Assembly (NCBI GenBank): GCA_050014195.1 | Contig: JBEKDT010000012.1 | Coordinates: forward strand, 94,181-158,180 | Length of the DNA stretch: 64,000 nucleotides | DNA from: Desulfomonilia bacterium | GTDB taxonomy: Bacteria > Desulfobacterota > Desulfomonilia > UBA1062 | Reading direction: 5' to 3' | Part shown: positions 48,103 through 58,313 of the stretch, one piece after another | How the letters are laid out: each line of letters opens with the position of its first letter | Position numbering within the stretch: position 1 is the stretch's first letter | Translations under genes and position numbers: made by a program | Notes under the pieces: generated by a model | What the model was told of the DNA's origin: nothing | Database searches by the model: none | Seen by the model: the letters and a program-made list of their open reading frames with translations, nothing else

Positions 48103-49917
48103 ATGTGGGTGACAAAATGCCAGGGAAGCGCCTGTGTCGAGGCCGCGATAAAACAGTTCCTGCCGCCGTGTCAGGTGCGATGCCCTATCAACGAGGACAT
48201 ACAGCGGACCAATGTCCTCATCTCCATGCTGCCGGAAGATCCGGCGCTGGCACGAGATGGGCTTATCCAGATAGGAGATTATCTTTACCAGAAAAACCCT
48301 TTCTTCCCGGTCTGCGGCTTTGTGTGCGGCGTATGCGAGCTCGGGTGCAACTATAAGAGCAAAGGTGGTTCTATCAGGAGACGTCTGCTGAAGAGGTTTG
48401 TGTCGGACAACTTTCTCAACCATCTCGACAAGAAGGAGGAGTTCGACATCGTCAAGGGCAAGGAGAACGTTGCAGTTATCGGCGGGGGCCCTGCCGGACT
48501 GATGTGTGCCTTCGAACTGGGCAGGAAGGGCTACCGTGTCACGATCTTCGAGACACTCAACAGGCTGGGTGGTGCATTATGGCTCATACCGCATTACCGT
48601 CTCCCCAAAGATGTGCTCCAGAGGGTCATCCAGAACATGCTCCGTATCGCAGGTGTAGACGTGAAACTCGGCACCGGTGTCGGGGATTCAAAATTAAGCC
48701 TGGATAAGCTGCGAAAGCAGGGCTACCAGGCCGTGTTTGTCGCCAAAGGGACCCCGTCGCCCCGAATCCTGACCTTCGGCAAGGACCCTGTTGAGAATCA
48801 GGATCTTGCCGGGGTTATGTATGGACAATCTTTTCTCTATGAGGTGAGCCGGGGCATATTGCCCGGGGGCTACTTCGAGGGTAAGAAGGTGATTGTCATC
48901 GGCGGAGGGAATGTGGCCTTTGACGTTGCGCGGTCCGCCCGGAGGCTTGGGGGTGAAGTCACGGTTGTGTCCCTGGAAAGTGAGGACAAATCGAGCAAGG
49001 ACGGTCTGCCGGCCGATGATGAAGAGATCAAGGGGGCCTGGGAGGAAGGCATTAACCTCAACTGTTCCAGGGGTGTAAGCCAGATAATGGGCAAGAGCGG
49101 GAAGTTCACGGGTATCAAGACCCCCCTGTGCACCTGTGTATTCGACAAGGAGGGCAGGTTCAACCCGGCATTCGACAGCACCGATGTCATGACCATTGAT
49201 GGCGATATCCTCATCATCACGGTCGGGCAGGGCCCTGATCGCGCGTTCCTCCAACATGAGGAGCTGCTCGATGAAAACGGCAGGATTGCCGTGGACCCGC
49301 TTACGCTCCAGAGCACACGCAAGGATTGGGTCTTTGTCGGGGGAGACGTCAGACGCGTCGGCTATATGGTTGATGCCCTCAAAGACGGCATCGAGGCAGC
49401 CGAGTCCATTGAGCGGTATCTCAAAGGCATTGACATCGCATCGGGAAGGAACAAGGAGTTTGAGGCCTTTGACATCCCGCAGCTCAAAGACCGGGATTAT
49501 AAGGAAGAACCCGAGATCGTGTGGATACCTCCTGAGAATCGCATGCACTTCCAACTCTTCGAGAGGGGATTCACACTGGGAGAAGCTATTGAGGAGGCAA
49601 AGCGTTGCCTTTGCTGCGGCCCGTGCGTCTCCTGCAAGGCATGTGTATCGATCGGGCTCCAGAGAGATATACCCTCGGTTATCGTTAACAAGAACCTCTG
49701 CAGCGGTTGCGGCATATGTGTTTCCTCATGTCATTACGGGTCCGCATATTTAAAGCAGGAGGATGGTTCGATCACTTCGGCAACGGACTTGTACCGGTGC
49801 AAGGCATGCGGCATGTGCGTATCTGCATGTCCGGCCCAGGCCAGGCAGCTTACCGGGTCTGATATGGAAGACCGCATCTCTGCGGTCTTTTCTCTGCTAC
49901 AGGAGGCCGCAAGATGA
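48103..49917 (+). CDS. GltD/NfnB-like FAD/NAD(P)-dependent oxidoreductase with C-terminal 4Fe-4S ferredoxin domain
   Basis: PPCQVRCP, GGGPAG, GGGNVAFD, EAKRCLCCGPCVSC, two CxxCxxCxxxC. Confidence 0.85.
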   Translation: MWVTKCQGSACVEAAIKQFLPPCQVRCPINEDIQRTNVLISMLPEDPALARDGLIQIGDYLYQKNPFFPVCGFVCGVCELGCNYKSKGGSIRRRLLKRFVSDNFLNHLDKKEEFDIVKGKENVAVIGGGPAGLMCAFELGRKGYRVTIFETLNRLGGALWLIPHYRLPKDVLQRVIQNMLRIAGVDVKLGTGVGDSKLSLDKLRKQGYQAVFVAKGTPSPRILTFGKDPVENQDLAGVMYGQSFLYEVSRGILPGGYFEGKKVIVIGGGNVAFDVARSARRLGGEVTVVSLESEDKSSKDGLPADDEEIKGAWEEGINLNCSRGVSQIMGKSGKFTGIKTPLCTCVFDKEGRFNPAFDSTDVMTIDGDILIITVGQGPDRAFLQHEELLDENGRIAVDPLTLQSTRKDWVFVGGDVRRVGYMVDALKDGIEAAESIERYLKGIDIASGRNKEFEAFDIPQLKDRDYKEEPEIVWIPPENRMHFQLFERGFTLGEAIEEAKRCLCCGPCVSCKACVSIGLQRDIPSVIVNKNLCSGCGICVSSCHYGSAYLKQEDGSITSATDLYRCKACGMCVSACPAQARQLTGSDMEDRISAVFSLLQEAAR

Positions 49918-50327
49918 AGAAGGTGAAAGTAAACTCCGGATATGAACCGAAGCTCGTGTGTTTCACATGCAAGTTCGGATGGGGATATCTCAATGGCAAT
50001 AAAACCTACGAAAACATCGAGCAGGTGGTTCCGATCATGTGCAGCGGCAAGGTTGATGCCACATATATCATGGATGCATTCAGAAAGGGTGCCGATGGTG
50101 TTCTCATCCTGGGTTGCCCGGATGGGGAATGCCACTTCCAGAACGGCAATTATCAGGCCCGCAAAAGGGTGATGCTTCTGCACAAGACCCTGAAGGAGTT
50201 CGGCATCGAACCTGAGAGGGTCATGATTAAGCTGGACATGGACCCTGAAGGAACTTTGATCCCTACCATCATCGAGCAGATGTGTGAAAGCCTGTCAAGG
50301 CTGGGTCCCGTCTCTCCGACGGTTTAG
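49914..50327 (+). CDS. mvhD: MvhD-like [2Fe-2S] hydrogenase subunit
   Basis: MCSGKV, GADGV..GCPDGECHF..GN, GIEPERV. Confidence 0.88.
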   Translation: MKKVKVNSGYEPKLVCFTCKFGWGYLNGNKTYENIEQVVPIMCSGKVDATYIMDAFRKGADGVLILGCPDGECHFQNGNYQARKRVMLLHKTLKEFGIEPERVMIKLDMDPEGTLIPTIIEQMCESLSRLGPVSPTV

Positions 50328-50384
50328 CCGGTAACAGGAATGAGAAAGACCACATCATTTAAAATATTATCATAAGGAGTAGGT

Positions 50385-51362
50385 ATGGCTGAGAAACCCA
50401 AGGTTGCCATTTACTGGCTTACCGCATGCGGCGGTTGCGACGAGACTATTGTTGATCTGAACGAGGCCATCCTGCAGGTGGCCGATGCCGTTGACATCGT
50501 ACTCTGGCCTGTGGCTATGGATTTCAAGTACAAAAGCATAAGGGAAATGAAAGACCAGGGCATCGTCCTTTCCATTATCCACGGCTCGGTGAGGAACTCG
50601 GAGCAGGAAGAAATGGCAAAGCTGCTCAGAAAGAAGTCACAGATCGTGCTGGCCTTCGGTTCGTGCGCCTGCTTCGGAGGGACCCCGGGGCTGGCGAACT
50701 TCAGGTCCAAGCAGGACATCTTCAACTGGGTCTACCGGGATGCGCCCACGGTAGTCAATCCTAAAGGCAACTTCCCCCAGACAGAAACTATTCTGGACGG
50801 ACACAAGCTGACCCTGCCGGAATTCTACGAGCAGGTCTACCCCTTGAATCAAATCATCGGGGTTGACTATTATCTGCCCGGTTGCCCTCCGCCACCGGAT
50901 CTTGTCGCCCATGCGGTGTTTGCCGTCGTAGAAGGCAAGCTGCCTCCGCACGGCGCCACCCTTGCCCCCCAAAAGCCATTGTGTGATGTCTGCCCGAGAA
51001 ACCGGTCAAAGCCGATCAAGATGGAAATAAGCGAAGTAAAGAGGATCCATACCGTCGAGGCCGACCCGGAAAAGTGCTTTCTGGCCCAGGGCATCTTGTG
51101 TATGGGGCCTGCCATCCGTTCAGGATGCGGCGAGACCTGTATCCGTATCAATATGCCCTGCAGAGGATGTTTCGGGCCGGTGGAAGGTATAAGCGATGCC
51201 GGGACCAAGTTTATCTCCGGCCTTGCAGCACTCCTCGGAGCAGAGACCGAAGCGGAATCGCTAAAGGCTGTTGAGGGTATCACCGACCTGGCAGGTTACT
51301 GCTACCGGTTCAGCCTTCCTTCGGTGTCCCTGAAGAAGAAAAACCCAGAGAGCGTGAGGTAA
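50385..51362 (+). CDS. mvhG: Group 3c NiFe hydrogenase small subunit
   Basis: ACGGC, GSCACFGG, LPGCPP, CMGP, PCRGCFGP. Confidence 0.9.
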   Translation: MAEKPKVAIYWLTACGGCDETIVDLNEAILQVADAVDIVLWPVAMDFKYKSIREMKDQGIVLSIIHGSVRNSEQEEMAKLLRKKSQIVLAFGSCACFGGTPGLANFRSKQDIFNWVYRDAPTVVNPKGNFPQTETILDGHKLTLPEFYEQVYPLNQIIGVDYYLPGCPPPPDLVAHAVFAVVEGKLPPHGATLAPQKPLCDVCPRNRSKPIKMEISEVKRIHTVEADPEKCFLAQGILCMGPAIRSGCGETCIRINMPCRGCFGPVEGISDAGTKFISGLAALLGAETEAESLKAVEGITDLAGYCYRFSLPSVSLKKKNPESVR

Positions 51363-51367
51363 GCACT

Positions 51368-52828
51368 ATGACGAAAAAGATATCCATTGACCCTATTACC
51401 AGGCTTGAAGGACACGGAAAGATCGAGATCTTCCTCGATGAGAAGGGCAATGTCCAGGATGCATACTGGCAGGTGGTGGAGCTCAGAGGGTTCGAACGGT
51501 TCTGTATCGGCAGGCCTGTGGAAGAGATGCCGCGCATCGTGCCTAATATCTGCGGCGTGTGCCCGTCAGCCCACCATATGGCGGCCACCAAGGCCCTGGA
51601 TGACCTCTACAGTGTGGAGCCGACCCCCGCAGCCCGCCTCATCAGGGAACTGGAGTTCAATGCCTTTTATATTGAAGACCATTACATCCACTTCTTCTTC
51701 CTGGCAGCACCGGATTTTGTGATGGGTCCTGATGCAGACCCCAAGGAAAGGAACATATTGGGCGTTATCGGAAAGGTGGGTAAGGAGATAGGCCGGAAGG
51801 TGATCGAGGTCCGCAAGAAAAACCGCGACATCATCAGACACATCTTCAGCAAGGCCCCGCACCCTGAAGGAGGGCTCCCGGGCGGAGTTCCAAGGGGGTT
51901 CACCGAGGAAGACCGCAAATGGGTCAAGGAAACAGCCGATTTTTCCCTGGAATTTGCTCAATTCGCCATACAGCTTTTCAAGGATGTGGTACTGGCGAAC
52001 AAGGCATATGTGGATCTTATCCTGAATGACGCCTACAGCCTCAAGACATACTATATGGCCCTGGTTGACGATCTGAACAGGACCACGTTCTATGACGGGA
52101 CGGTCCGCGTTATAGACCAGAACGGCAAGGAGTATGTGAAGTTCCATCCGCGCGATTATGATAAATTCATCGGTGAGTGGGTGGAGCCCTGGACCTATAT
52201 CAGGCTCAACCATCTGAAGCCTCTCGGATGGCACGGCCTCAAGGACGGAGAAGGAACATCACTGTACCGCGTGGCCCCGCTTGCCAGGCTCAATGTGGGG
52301 GATTCCATGACGACCCCGCTGGCTCACAAGGAAGCCCAGATCATGTTCGATGTCCTTGGGGGTAAGCCGGCCCACCAGACGCTTGCCACTCACTGGGCGC
52401 GTCTCATCTGCGCCCTTCAGGCTGCTGAAAGCAACGTTGAGATCGCGAACAACCCCCTACTCACGAGCAAGGATATCCGCAACATGAACCTCAAGCTCAG
52501 GAATAAAGGGGTAGGGTGTGTGGAGGCCCCCCGCGGCACGCTGTTCCACCACTATGAAACCGACGACAACGGCATACTCACCAAGGCCAACCTCATCGTT
52601 GCAACCCAGAACAACGCAGCGCCCATCTGCCTGTCCGTGAAAAAGGCGGCTAAGGCGTTCGTAAAGGGACCAGATGTGAAGGAGGGGTTCCTCAACATGG
52701 TGGAGATGGCTTTTAGAGCCTATGACCCGTGCCTATCATGCGCAACCCACTCTTTGCCCGGCACCATGCCTATGACGGTAAACATCCGGAACCATGAGGG
52801 TGCGCTCATCAGGCAGCTCAAAAGGTAA
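51368..52828 (+). CDS. mvhA: Group 3c NiFe hydrogenase large subunit
   Basis: TRLEGHG, RGFE, ICGVC (L1), EAPRG, DPCLSCATH (L2) plus C-terminal extension. Confidence 0.92.
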   Translation: MTKKISIDPITRLEGHGKIEIFLDEKGNVQDAYWQVVELRGFERFCIGRPVEEMPRIVPNICGVCPSAHHMAATKALDDLYSVEPTPAARLIRELEFNAFYIEDHYIHFFFLAAPDFVMGPDADPKERNILGVIGKVGKEIGRKVIEVRKKNRDIIRHIFSKAPHPEGGLPGGVPRGFTEEDRKWVKETADFSLEFAQFAIQLFKDVVLANKAYVDLILNDAYSLKTYYMALVDDLNRTTFYDGTVRVIDQNGKEYVKFHPRDYDKFIGEWVEPWTYIRLNHLKPLGWHGLKDGEGTSLYRVAPLARLNVGDSMTTPLAHKEAQIMFDVLGGKPAHQTLATHWARLICALQAAESNVEIANNPLLTSKDIRNMNLKLRNKGVGCVEAPRGTLFHHYETDDNGILTKANLIVATQNNAAPICLSVKKAAKAFVKGPDVKEGFLNMVEMAFRAYDPCLSCATHSLPGTMPMTVNIRNHEGALIRQLKR

Positions 52829-52834
52829 ACCAGC

Positions 52835-53314
52835 TTGAAAACGCTCGTTCTCGGCATGGGAAATCCCATCCTTTCTGATGACGGGGTGGGGATTGTGATC
52901 GCAAACTCACTTGAGGGAAGATTCGAGGGTGCCGATGTGGCGACGAGTGCCATGATCGGCCTTGACCTTCTCGACATGATCGAAGGGTACGACCGGATCT
53001 ACGTGATCGATGCCATGTGCACAAGAGGCGGCAGGATAGGCGAGGTGCACAAAGTATTCAAAGATGGCAATGATGGTACGATGCACCTGTTCTCCTCGCA
53101 CGGCATTCATTTCTTCGAGCTCATGGAACTCGGGGAGCGCTGCGGCTTGAATATGCCCGAGGTAGGTGCTGTCTATGGTATAGAGATCGGCGATTGTGTG
53201 TGTTTTGACGATTGCCTTTCAAAAGAGATCCAAGGAAAGTTGGCCTCCATAACCGAAGAAATCTTGGGTGACCTAAGATCTTCATCCTCTATCCCTCCTG
53301 ATCACTCAGGCTGA
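52835..53314 (+). CDS. Hydrogenase maturation protease
   Basis: GMGNPILSDDGVG, VIDA, SSH. Confidence 0.92.
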   Translation: MKTLVLGMGNPILSDDGVGIVIANSLEGRFEGADVATSAMIGLDLLDMIEGYDRIYVIDAMCTRGGRIGEVHKVFKDGNDGTMHLFSSHGIHFFELMELGERCGLNMPEVGAVYGIEIGDCVCFDDCLSKEIQGKLASITEEILGDLRSSSSIPPDHSG

Positions 53315-53644
53315 ATGCGCTCTCCTATTCTTTCTCTTCAATTGATAACAGCTTGAATACCCCGCTGCGGCTGCTCGTAATGATTTTATGGGTTCCCATT
53401 TCATTTTAGGGTTAATCAAGGCTTTCAAAATGACTTTCAAGCTCTGTTTGTATGTTTTGCAAGATACAGAAACATCTCTCCATAACTCCTTGACAAGCAT
53501 GGAAATATATCTATCATGGGGCACACCACAGAATGTTGTGGGATTGTTTAATATAGATTCAGTCAGGCATTTAATGTCACGCCAAGACCACATTTTAAGA
53601 TTAGGTTGTTTCTTTATGAATGGGGCTTTTGGGGGCAAGCCTTG

Positions 53645-56191
53645 ATGGGGCGTATAATAAAGGCCTTGGGGGCATCCCTCGGGCTCGTCCTCTTTGGCGT
53701 GGCCTTGTGGGTTCTCCATAAAGAGCTCGAAAAATATCGTCTCCATGAGATCCTCCAATACCTCCAGGGAATTCCCTTAAGTCAGTTTTTAATCGCAATT
53801 GCTCTTACCATGATCAGCTATCTCATCATGACCGGCTATGACTTTCTCGCTTTGCGGTTCATCAACAGGCCCTTGGGTTTCAGAAAGATGGCAACGGCAT
53901 CCTTTATCGGATATGCATTCAGCAACAATATCGGCTTTTCCATGGTTGCAGGAGCTTCTATACGGTATCGGCTCTATTCATCCTGGGGACTGTCGGCCTT
54001 GGAGATCACCAAGGTCATCTTTTTCAATACCGTGAGTATCTGGCTCGGTTTTTTAATGCTCGGCGCCGGGGTTTTTCTCCTGGAGCCTCTTGATATCCCC
54101 AAGGCTCTCCATATCCCTTTTGCAACAGACCGACCCCTTGGGCTGCTCTTTCTTATCCCGATTCTCATCTATGCTGCATTGATCCTGACAAAGAGGAGGG
54201 CGCTTAAATTCGGGGATTTTGAAATGACTGTTCCGCCTGCACGGCTTTTTCTTCCACAGATAGCGGTAGCTACCGTCGATTGGGCTTTTGCCGGCAGTAT
54301 CCTCTTTGTGCTCTTACCTCCCATTATCCCTTTGCCGAGCTTTATCGGGATATATCTGATCGCCCAGCTTGCAGGACTGGTCAGCCAGATCCCCGGCGGG
54401 CTCGGGATATTCGAAGCCGTCATCCTGATTTTTTTATCCCCCCTCATACCTGCGTCTTCCATTATCGGTTCACTCGTCATCTACCGCCTCACCTATTATA
54501 TTCTCCCGCTACTCATAGCAGCCGTAATCCTTGGGATAGAAGAAATCATCCAGCGCAAGCAGATCCTTCAATGGGGTGCTCAGACACTCACCCGGTGGCT
54601 GCCGTACATGGTACCACCCGTCCTCACGGTCATCACCTTCCTGAGCGGTGTCATAATGCTTTTTTCGGGTGCAACACCGGCCATTTCTTATCGTCTCGAG
54701 CAGTTAAGCGTATATGTGCCCCTTCCGGTGATCGAGGTTTCGCACTTCCTGGGAAGTATCTTTGGGGTAGGGCTCCTCATTCTTGCACGTGGTCTCCAGA
54801 GGAGGCTTGATACAGCTTATTATATGACTGTTGCACTTGTTGTTGCCGGTATCATTCTCTCGCTCCTCAAGGGGCTCGAATATGAAGAGGCATCGGTTTT
54901 GCTGGTAATGCTTTTTATCCTGATACCATCAAAGCCGAGCTTCTACAGAAAGGGATCGCTGTTCGGGGGCAGGTTTACCGCAGGCTGGCTCTTAGTCATG
55001 GGGATAGTATTGCTGTCAACGGCCTGGCTCACCTATTTTTCATATAAGCATGTGGAATACTCTACTGACTTGTGGTGGCGGTTCGCATTCATGGCAAGTG
55101 CGCCGCGGTCTTTACGAGCTGCAGTGGGTGCGCTTGTTGCCGCACTTGTTTATTCATTTGCGAAAATCCTGCATCCTATCTCGCCAAGGCCTGTAACCGG
55201 AAGCACTGGCGACCTCGAGAAGGCATTACCCGTTATAAATGCATCACCTGAAAGTTATGCAAACCTGGCTCTGCTTGGAGATAAGGCGCTTCTGTTCAGT
55301 GAGAACGGCAAGGCGTTCATCATGTATACGATCAGTGGCAGAAGCTGGATTGCCATGGGTGATCCGATAGGCCTGAAATCCGAATGGCAAGAGCTTGCCT
55401 GGCAATACTGTGAACTGTGTGACCGTTTCGGGGGGTGGCCGGTATTCTATGAAGTAGGTTCTCATAATCTTCATGTCTATATCGATTTAGGCATGACACT
55501 GGTGAAGCTTGGGGAAGAGGGAAGGGTGGAACTTGATACGTTCAGCCTTGATGGGGGCTCCCGCAAAGAGCTGAGGCATACGTACAACAAGCTTACCAAA
55601 GAGGGTTACACCTTTGATGTGGTGCAGCCACACTCAGTGCCGAAAATCATCGGCGATCTGAGAAGGGTATCGGATGCATGGCTTGAGGAAAAGAAAACAA
55701 AGGAAAAGGGATTCTCTCTAGGATTTTTCAAGGAGGACTATATAGCGCGATTCCCGATAGGACTCATTCGGCGGGGAGATGAGATCATAGCCTTCTCAAA
55801 TTTGTGGACCTCAGGGGACATGGAAGAAATTTCAATCGATCTTATGCGATATATGCCTGATGCACCGAGCGGAACCATGGATTATCTTTTTATTAATCTC
55901 ATACTCTGGGGCAAAGGGAACAGATATCATTGGTTCAACCTCGGTATGGCCCCTCTCTCAGGGCTTTCGGACAAATCTCTTTCATCCTTGTGGAACCGCA
56001 TAGGTGGATTTCTCTTCAGGCATGTAGAAAACTTCTACAACTTCCAAGGCCTTCGACAGTATAAAGAGAAGTTCCAGCCTCAGTGGCGGCCACGATACCT
56101 CGCTTCGCCCACTACCCTGTCTCTGCCTGTGGTTCTTACAAATATTGCCACACTCACTTCCGGGGGCGCAAAGGGTATCGTCTCGAAATAA
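53645..56191 (+). CDS. mprF: Bifunctional aminoacyl-phosphatidylglycerol flippase/synthase
   Basis: Multi-TM N-terminus; MGDPIG, EKGFSLG, DLMR, YNFQGLRQYKEKF. Confidence 0.95.
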   Translation: MGRIIKALGASLGLVLFGVALWVLHKELEKYRLHEILQYLQGIPLSQFLIAIALTMISYLIMTGYDFLALRFINRPLGFRKMATASFIGYAFSNNIGFSMVAGASIRYRLYSSWGLSALEITKVIFFNTVSIWLGFLMLGAGVFLLEPLDIPKALHIPFATDRPLGLLFLIPILIYAALILTKRRALKFGDFEMTVPPARLFLPQIAVATVDWAFAGSILFVLLPPIIPLPSFIGIYLIAQLAGLVSQIPGGLGIFEAVILIFLSPLIPASSIIGSLVIYRLTYYILPLLIAAVILGIEEIIQRKQILQWGAQTLTRWLPYMVPPVLTVITFLSGVIMLFSGATPAISYRLEQLSVYVPLPVIEVSHFLGSIFGVGLLILARGLQRRLDTAYYMTVALVVAGIILSLLKGLEYEEASVLLVMLFILIPSKPSFYRKGSLFGGRFTAGWLLVMGIVLLSTAWLTYFSYKHVEYSTDLWWRFAFMASAPRSLRAAVGALVAALVYSFAKILHPISPRPVTGSTGDLEKALPVINASPESYANLALLGDKALLFSENGKAFIMYTISGRSWIAMGDPIGLKSEWQELAWQYCELCDRFGGWPVFYEVGSHNLHVYIDLGMTLVKLGEEGRVELDTFSLDGGSRKELRHTYNKLTKEGYTFDVVQPHSVPKIIGDLRRVSDAWLEEKKTKEKGFSLGFFKEDYIARFPIGLIRRGDEIIAFSNLWTSGDMEEISIDLMRYMPDAPSGTMDYLFINLILWGKGNRYHWFNLGMAPLSGLSDKSLSSLWNRIGGFLFRHVENFYNFQGLRQYKEKFQPQWRPRYLASPTTLSLPVVLTNIATLTSGGAKGIVSK

Positions 56192-56439
56192 AGATCGAGA
56201 TAGTATGGCTTGACACAAAAATGGTTAATATAAATCTTTTTATACGAATATGTGTCCGACGACATAAAAAGACCTTGCATAAATCCCCTAGGAAAGAACT
56301 GAAAGATCACCATAAAAAATTATGCCGATAGGTCTCTCCAAAAACAAGGAGGAGAGGCTCATCAGGAGAAACCGCTTGCCTGGCAGAATAAATGCATATA
56401 GTCTTTATGAAAATAAAACACAGCCATGAAGGATAGAAG

Positions 56440-58107
56440 ATGTGCGGCATACTCGGTATTTTTAATATCAAGACTGATGTGAAGGAACTCCGAACCCAGG
56501 CCCTGGGGATGAGCCGCACACTGCGCCACCGCGGACCCGATTGGAGCGGCATCTATGTGAATGAAAAGGCAATTCTGGCCCATGAACGTCTTTCAATCGT
56601 GGATGTCAACAAGGGTGCCCAGCCGCTTTGCACCTCTGACCACAAAGTGGCGTTAGCGGTCAACGGTGAAATTTATAATCATAAGGATCTCAAGAAGGCA
56701 TTGAAAGAACCTTATGATTTCCTGACCGAATCGGACTGCGAGATCATTCTGGCTCTTTACCGGCAGAAGGGTGTTGATTTTCTCGAAGACCTGAATGGAA
56801 TCTTTGCCTTTGCACTCTATGACAGCGAGAATGATGTCTTCATGATCGGCCGCGACCATATCGGAATTTGCCCCCTGTATACCGGGTACGACGAGCACGG
56901 CAACTTCTATGTGGCATCGGAAATGAAGGCCCTGATGGGTGCATGCAACACGGTAAGCGAATTTCCTCCCGGGCATTATCTCTACAGCAAAATGGACGCT
57001 CCGGTTGAATATTACAAGCGGGACTGGATGGAATATGATAATGTAAAAGACAACAAAACCAGCGTCAAAGAGCTCAGACGGGCGCTGGAAGAGGCGGTTG
57101 AACGCCAGCTGATGTCCGACGTGCCTTACGGCGTGCTGCTTTCCGGGGGCTTAGACAGTTCGATTACTGCAGCAGTAGCCAAGAAATATTCCGCCAAGCG
57201 TGTGGAGACAGCCGGGTTGAAGGATGCCTGGTGGCCCCAGCTACATTCCTTTGCCGTCGGGTTGGAAGGTTCGCCGGATCTGGCGGCAGCCCAGAAGGTG
57301 GCCGACCACATCGGCTCCATTCACCATAATTTTACCTTTACCGTTCAGGAAGGCCTGGATGCGCTGCGCGACGTGATATATCATATAGAAACCTATGATG
57401 TTACCACGATCAGGGCTTCAACCCCCATGTATCTGATGGCACGGAAGATCAAATCCATGGGTGTCAAGATGGTGCTCTCAGGCGAAGGGGCCGACGAAAT
57501 TTTCGGCGGTTATCTGTATTTCCACAAGGCGCCCGATGCAAAGGAATTTCACGAGGAAACCGTGCGCAAGCTCTCCATGCTCAGCAAATATGACTGTCTG
57601 CGCGCCAACAAGTCGCTGGCTGCCTGGGGAGTGGAAGGCCGGGTGCCTTTTTTGGATAAGGAATTCATGGACGTAGCCATGCGGCTCAACCCTCAAGACA
57701 AGATGTGCAAGGATGGCCGGATGGAGAAACATATCTTAAGAGAGGCCTTCGAAGATTATCTGCCGGCCGAGGTTGCCTGGCGCCAGAAAGAACAGTTTTC
57801 CGACGGCGTGGGTTACAGCTGGATCGACACCCTGCGCGAGGTGGCCGGAAAAGAGGTAAGCGATTCCCAGATGGAAAACGCCCGTTTCCGTTTCCCCATT
57901 AATACGCCCGTCACCAAAGAGGGGTATTATTACCGGTCGATCTTCCAGGAATTCTTCCCGCTGGACAGCGCCGCCCGCTGTGTGCCCGAAGGGCCTTCGG
58001 TGGCCTGTTCAACGCCCACTGCCATCAAGTGGGATGCCGAGTTTGCCAAGATGATCGATCCATCCGGCCGGGCGGTCAAGGATGTGCATAAAGACAGTTA
58101 TAAATAG
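56440..58107 (+). CDS. asnB: Glutamine-hydrolysing asparagine synthetase B
   Basis: MCGI, RHRGPD, NGEIYN, LSGGLDSS, RQKEQFSDGVG. Confidence 0.97.
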   Translation: MCGILGIFNIKTDVKELRTQALGMSRTLRHRGPDWSGIYVNEKAILAHERLSIVDVNKGAQPLCTSDHKVALAVNGEIYNHKDLKKALKEPYDFLTESDCEIILALYRQKGVDFLEDLNGIFAFALYDSENDVFMIGRDHIGICPLYTGYDEHGNFYVASEMKALMGACNTVSEFPPGHYLYSKMDAPVEYYKRDWMEYDNVKDNKTSVKELRRALEEAVERQLMSDVPYGVLLSGGLDSSITAAVAKKYSAKRVETAGLKDAWWPQLHSFAVGLEGSPDLAAAQKVADHIGSIHHNFTFTVQEGLDALRDVIYHIETYDVTTIRASTPMYLMARKIKSMGVKMVLSGEGADEIFGGYLYFHKAPDAKEFHEETVRKLSMLSKYDCLRANKSLAAWGVEGRVPFLDKEFMDVAMRLNPQDKMCKDGRMEKHILREAFEDYLPAEVAWRQKEQFSDGVGYSWIDTLREVAGKEVSDSQMENARFRFPINTPVTKEGYYYRSIFQEFFPLDSAARCVPEGPSVACSTPTAIKWDAEFAKMIDPSGRAVKDVHKDSYK

Positions 58108-58313
58108 TACGATCTTAAGGCAGAGACTGCGGTGATAATTTTTAACTCACAGCGCTTTGAAATCACTGCATGAAATCTCTGGCTCTTTATTAGCATCTAA
58201 ACATGTACATGAGATTATTTTCTGGGTTTATCATTGCTCGACTCAATATTGAGTGGTATGAACGATGTCCCCTGGACATGCTGTCCAAGGCGCTGAACAA
58301 ATCATGATAGACA

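Noticed and set aside
49914-52828. Selenocysteine recoding in Mvh subunits
   Set aside because: ORFs are uninterrupted with Cys at ligand positions; no in-frame TGA.
53306-53758. 150-aa minus-strand ORF
   Set aside because: Its 5' part is antisense to mprF; a shorter ORF may exist but has no motif or RBS support.
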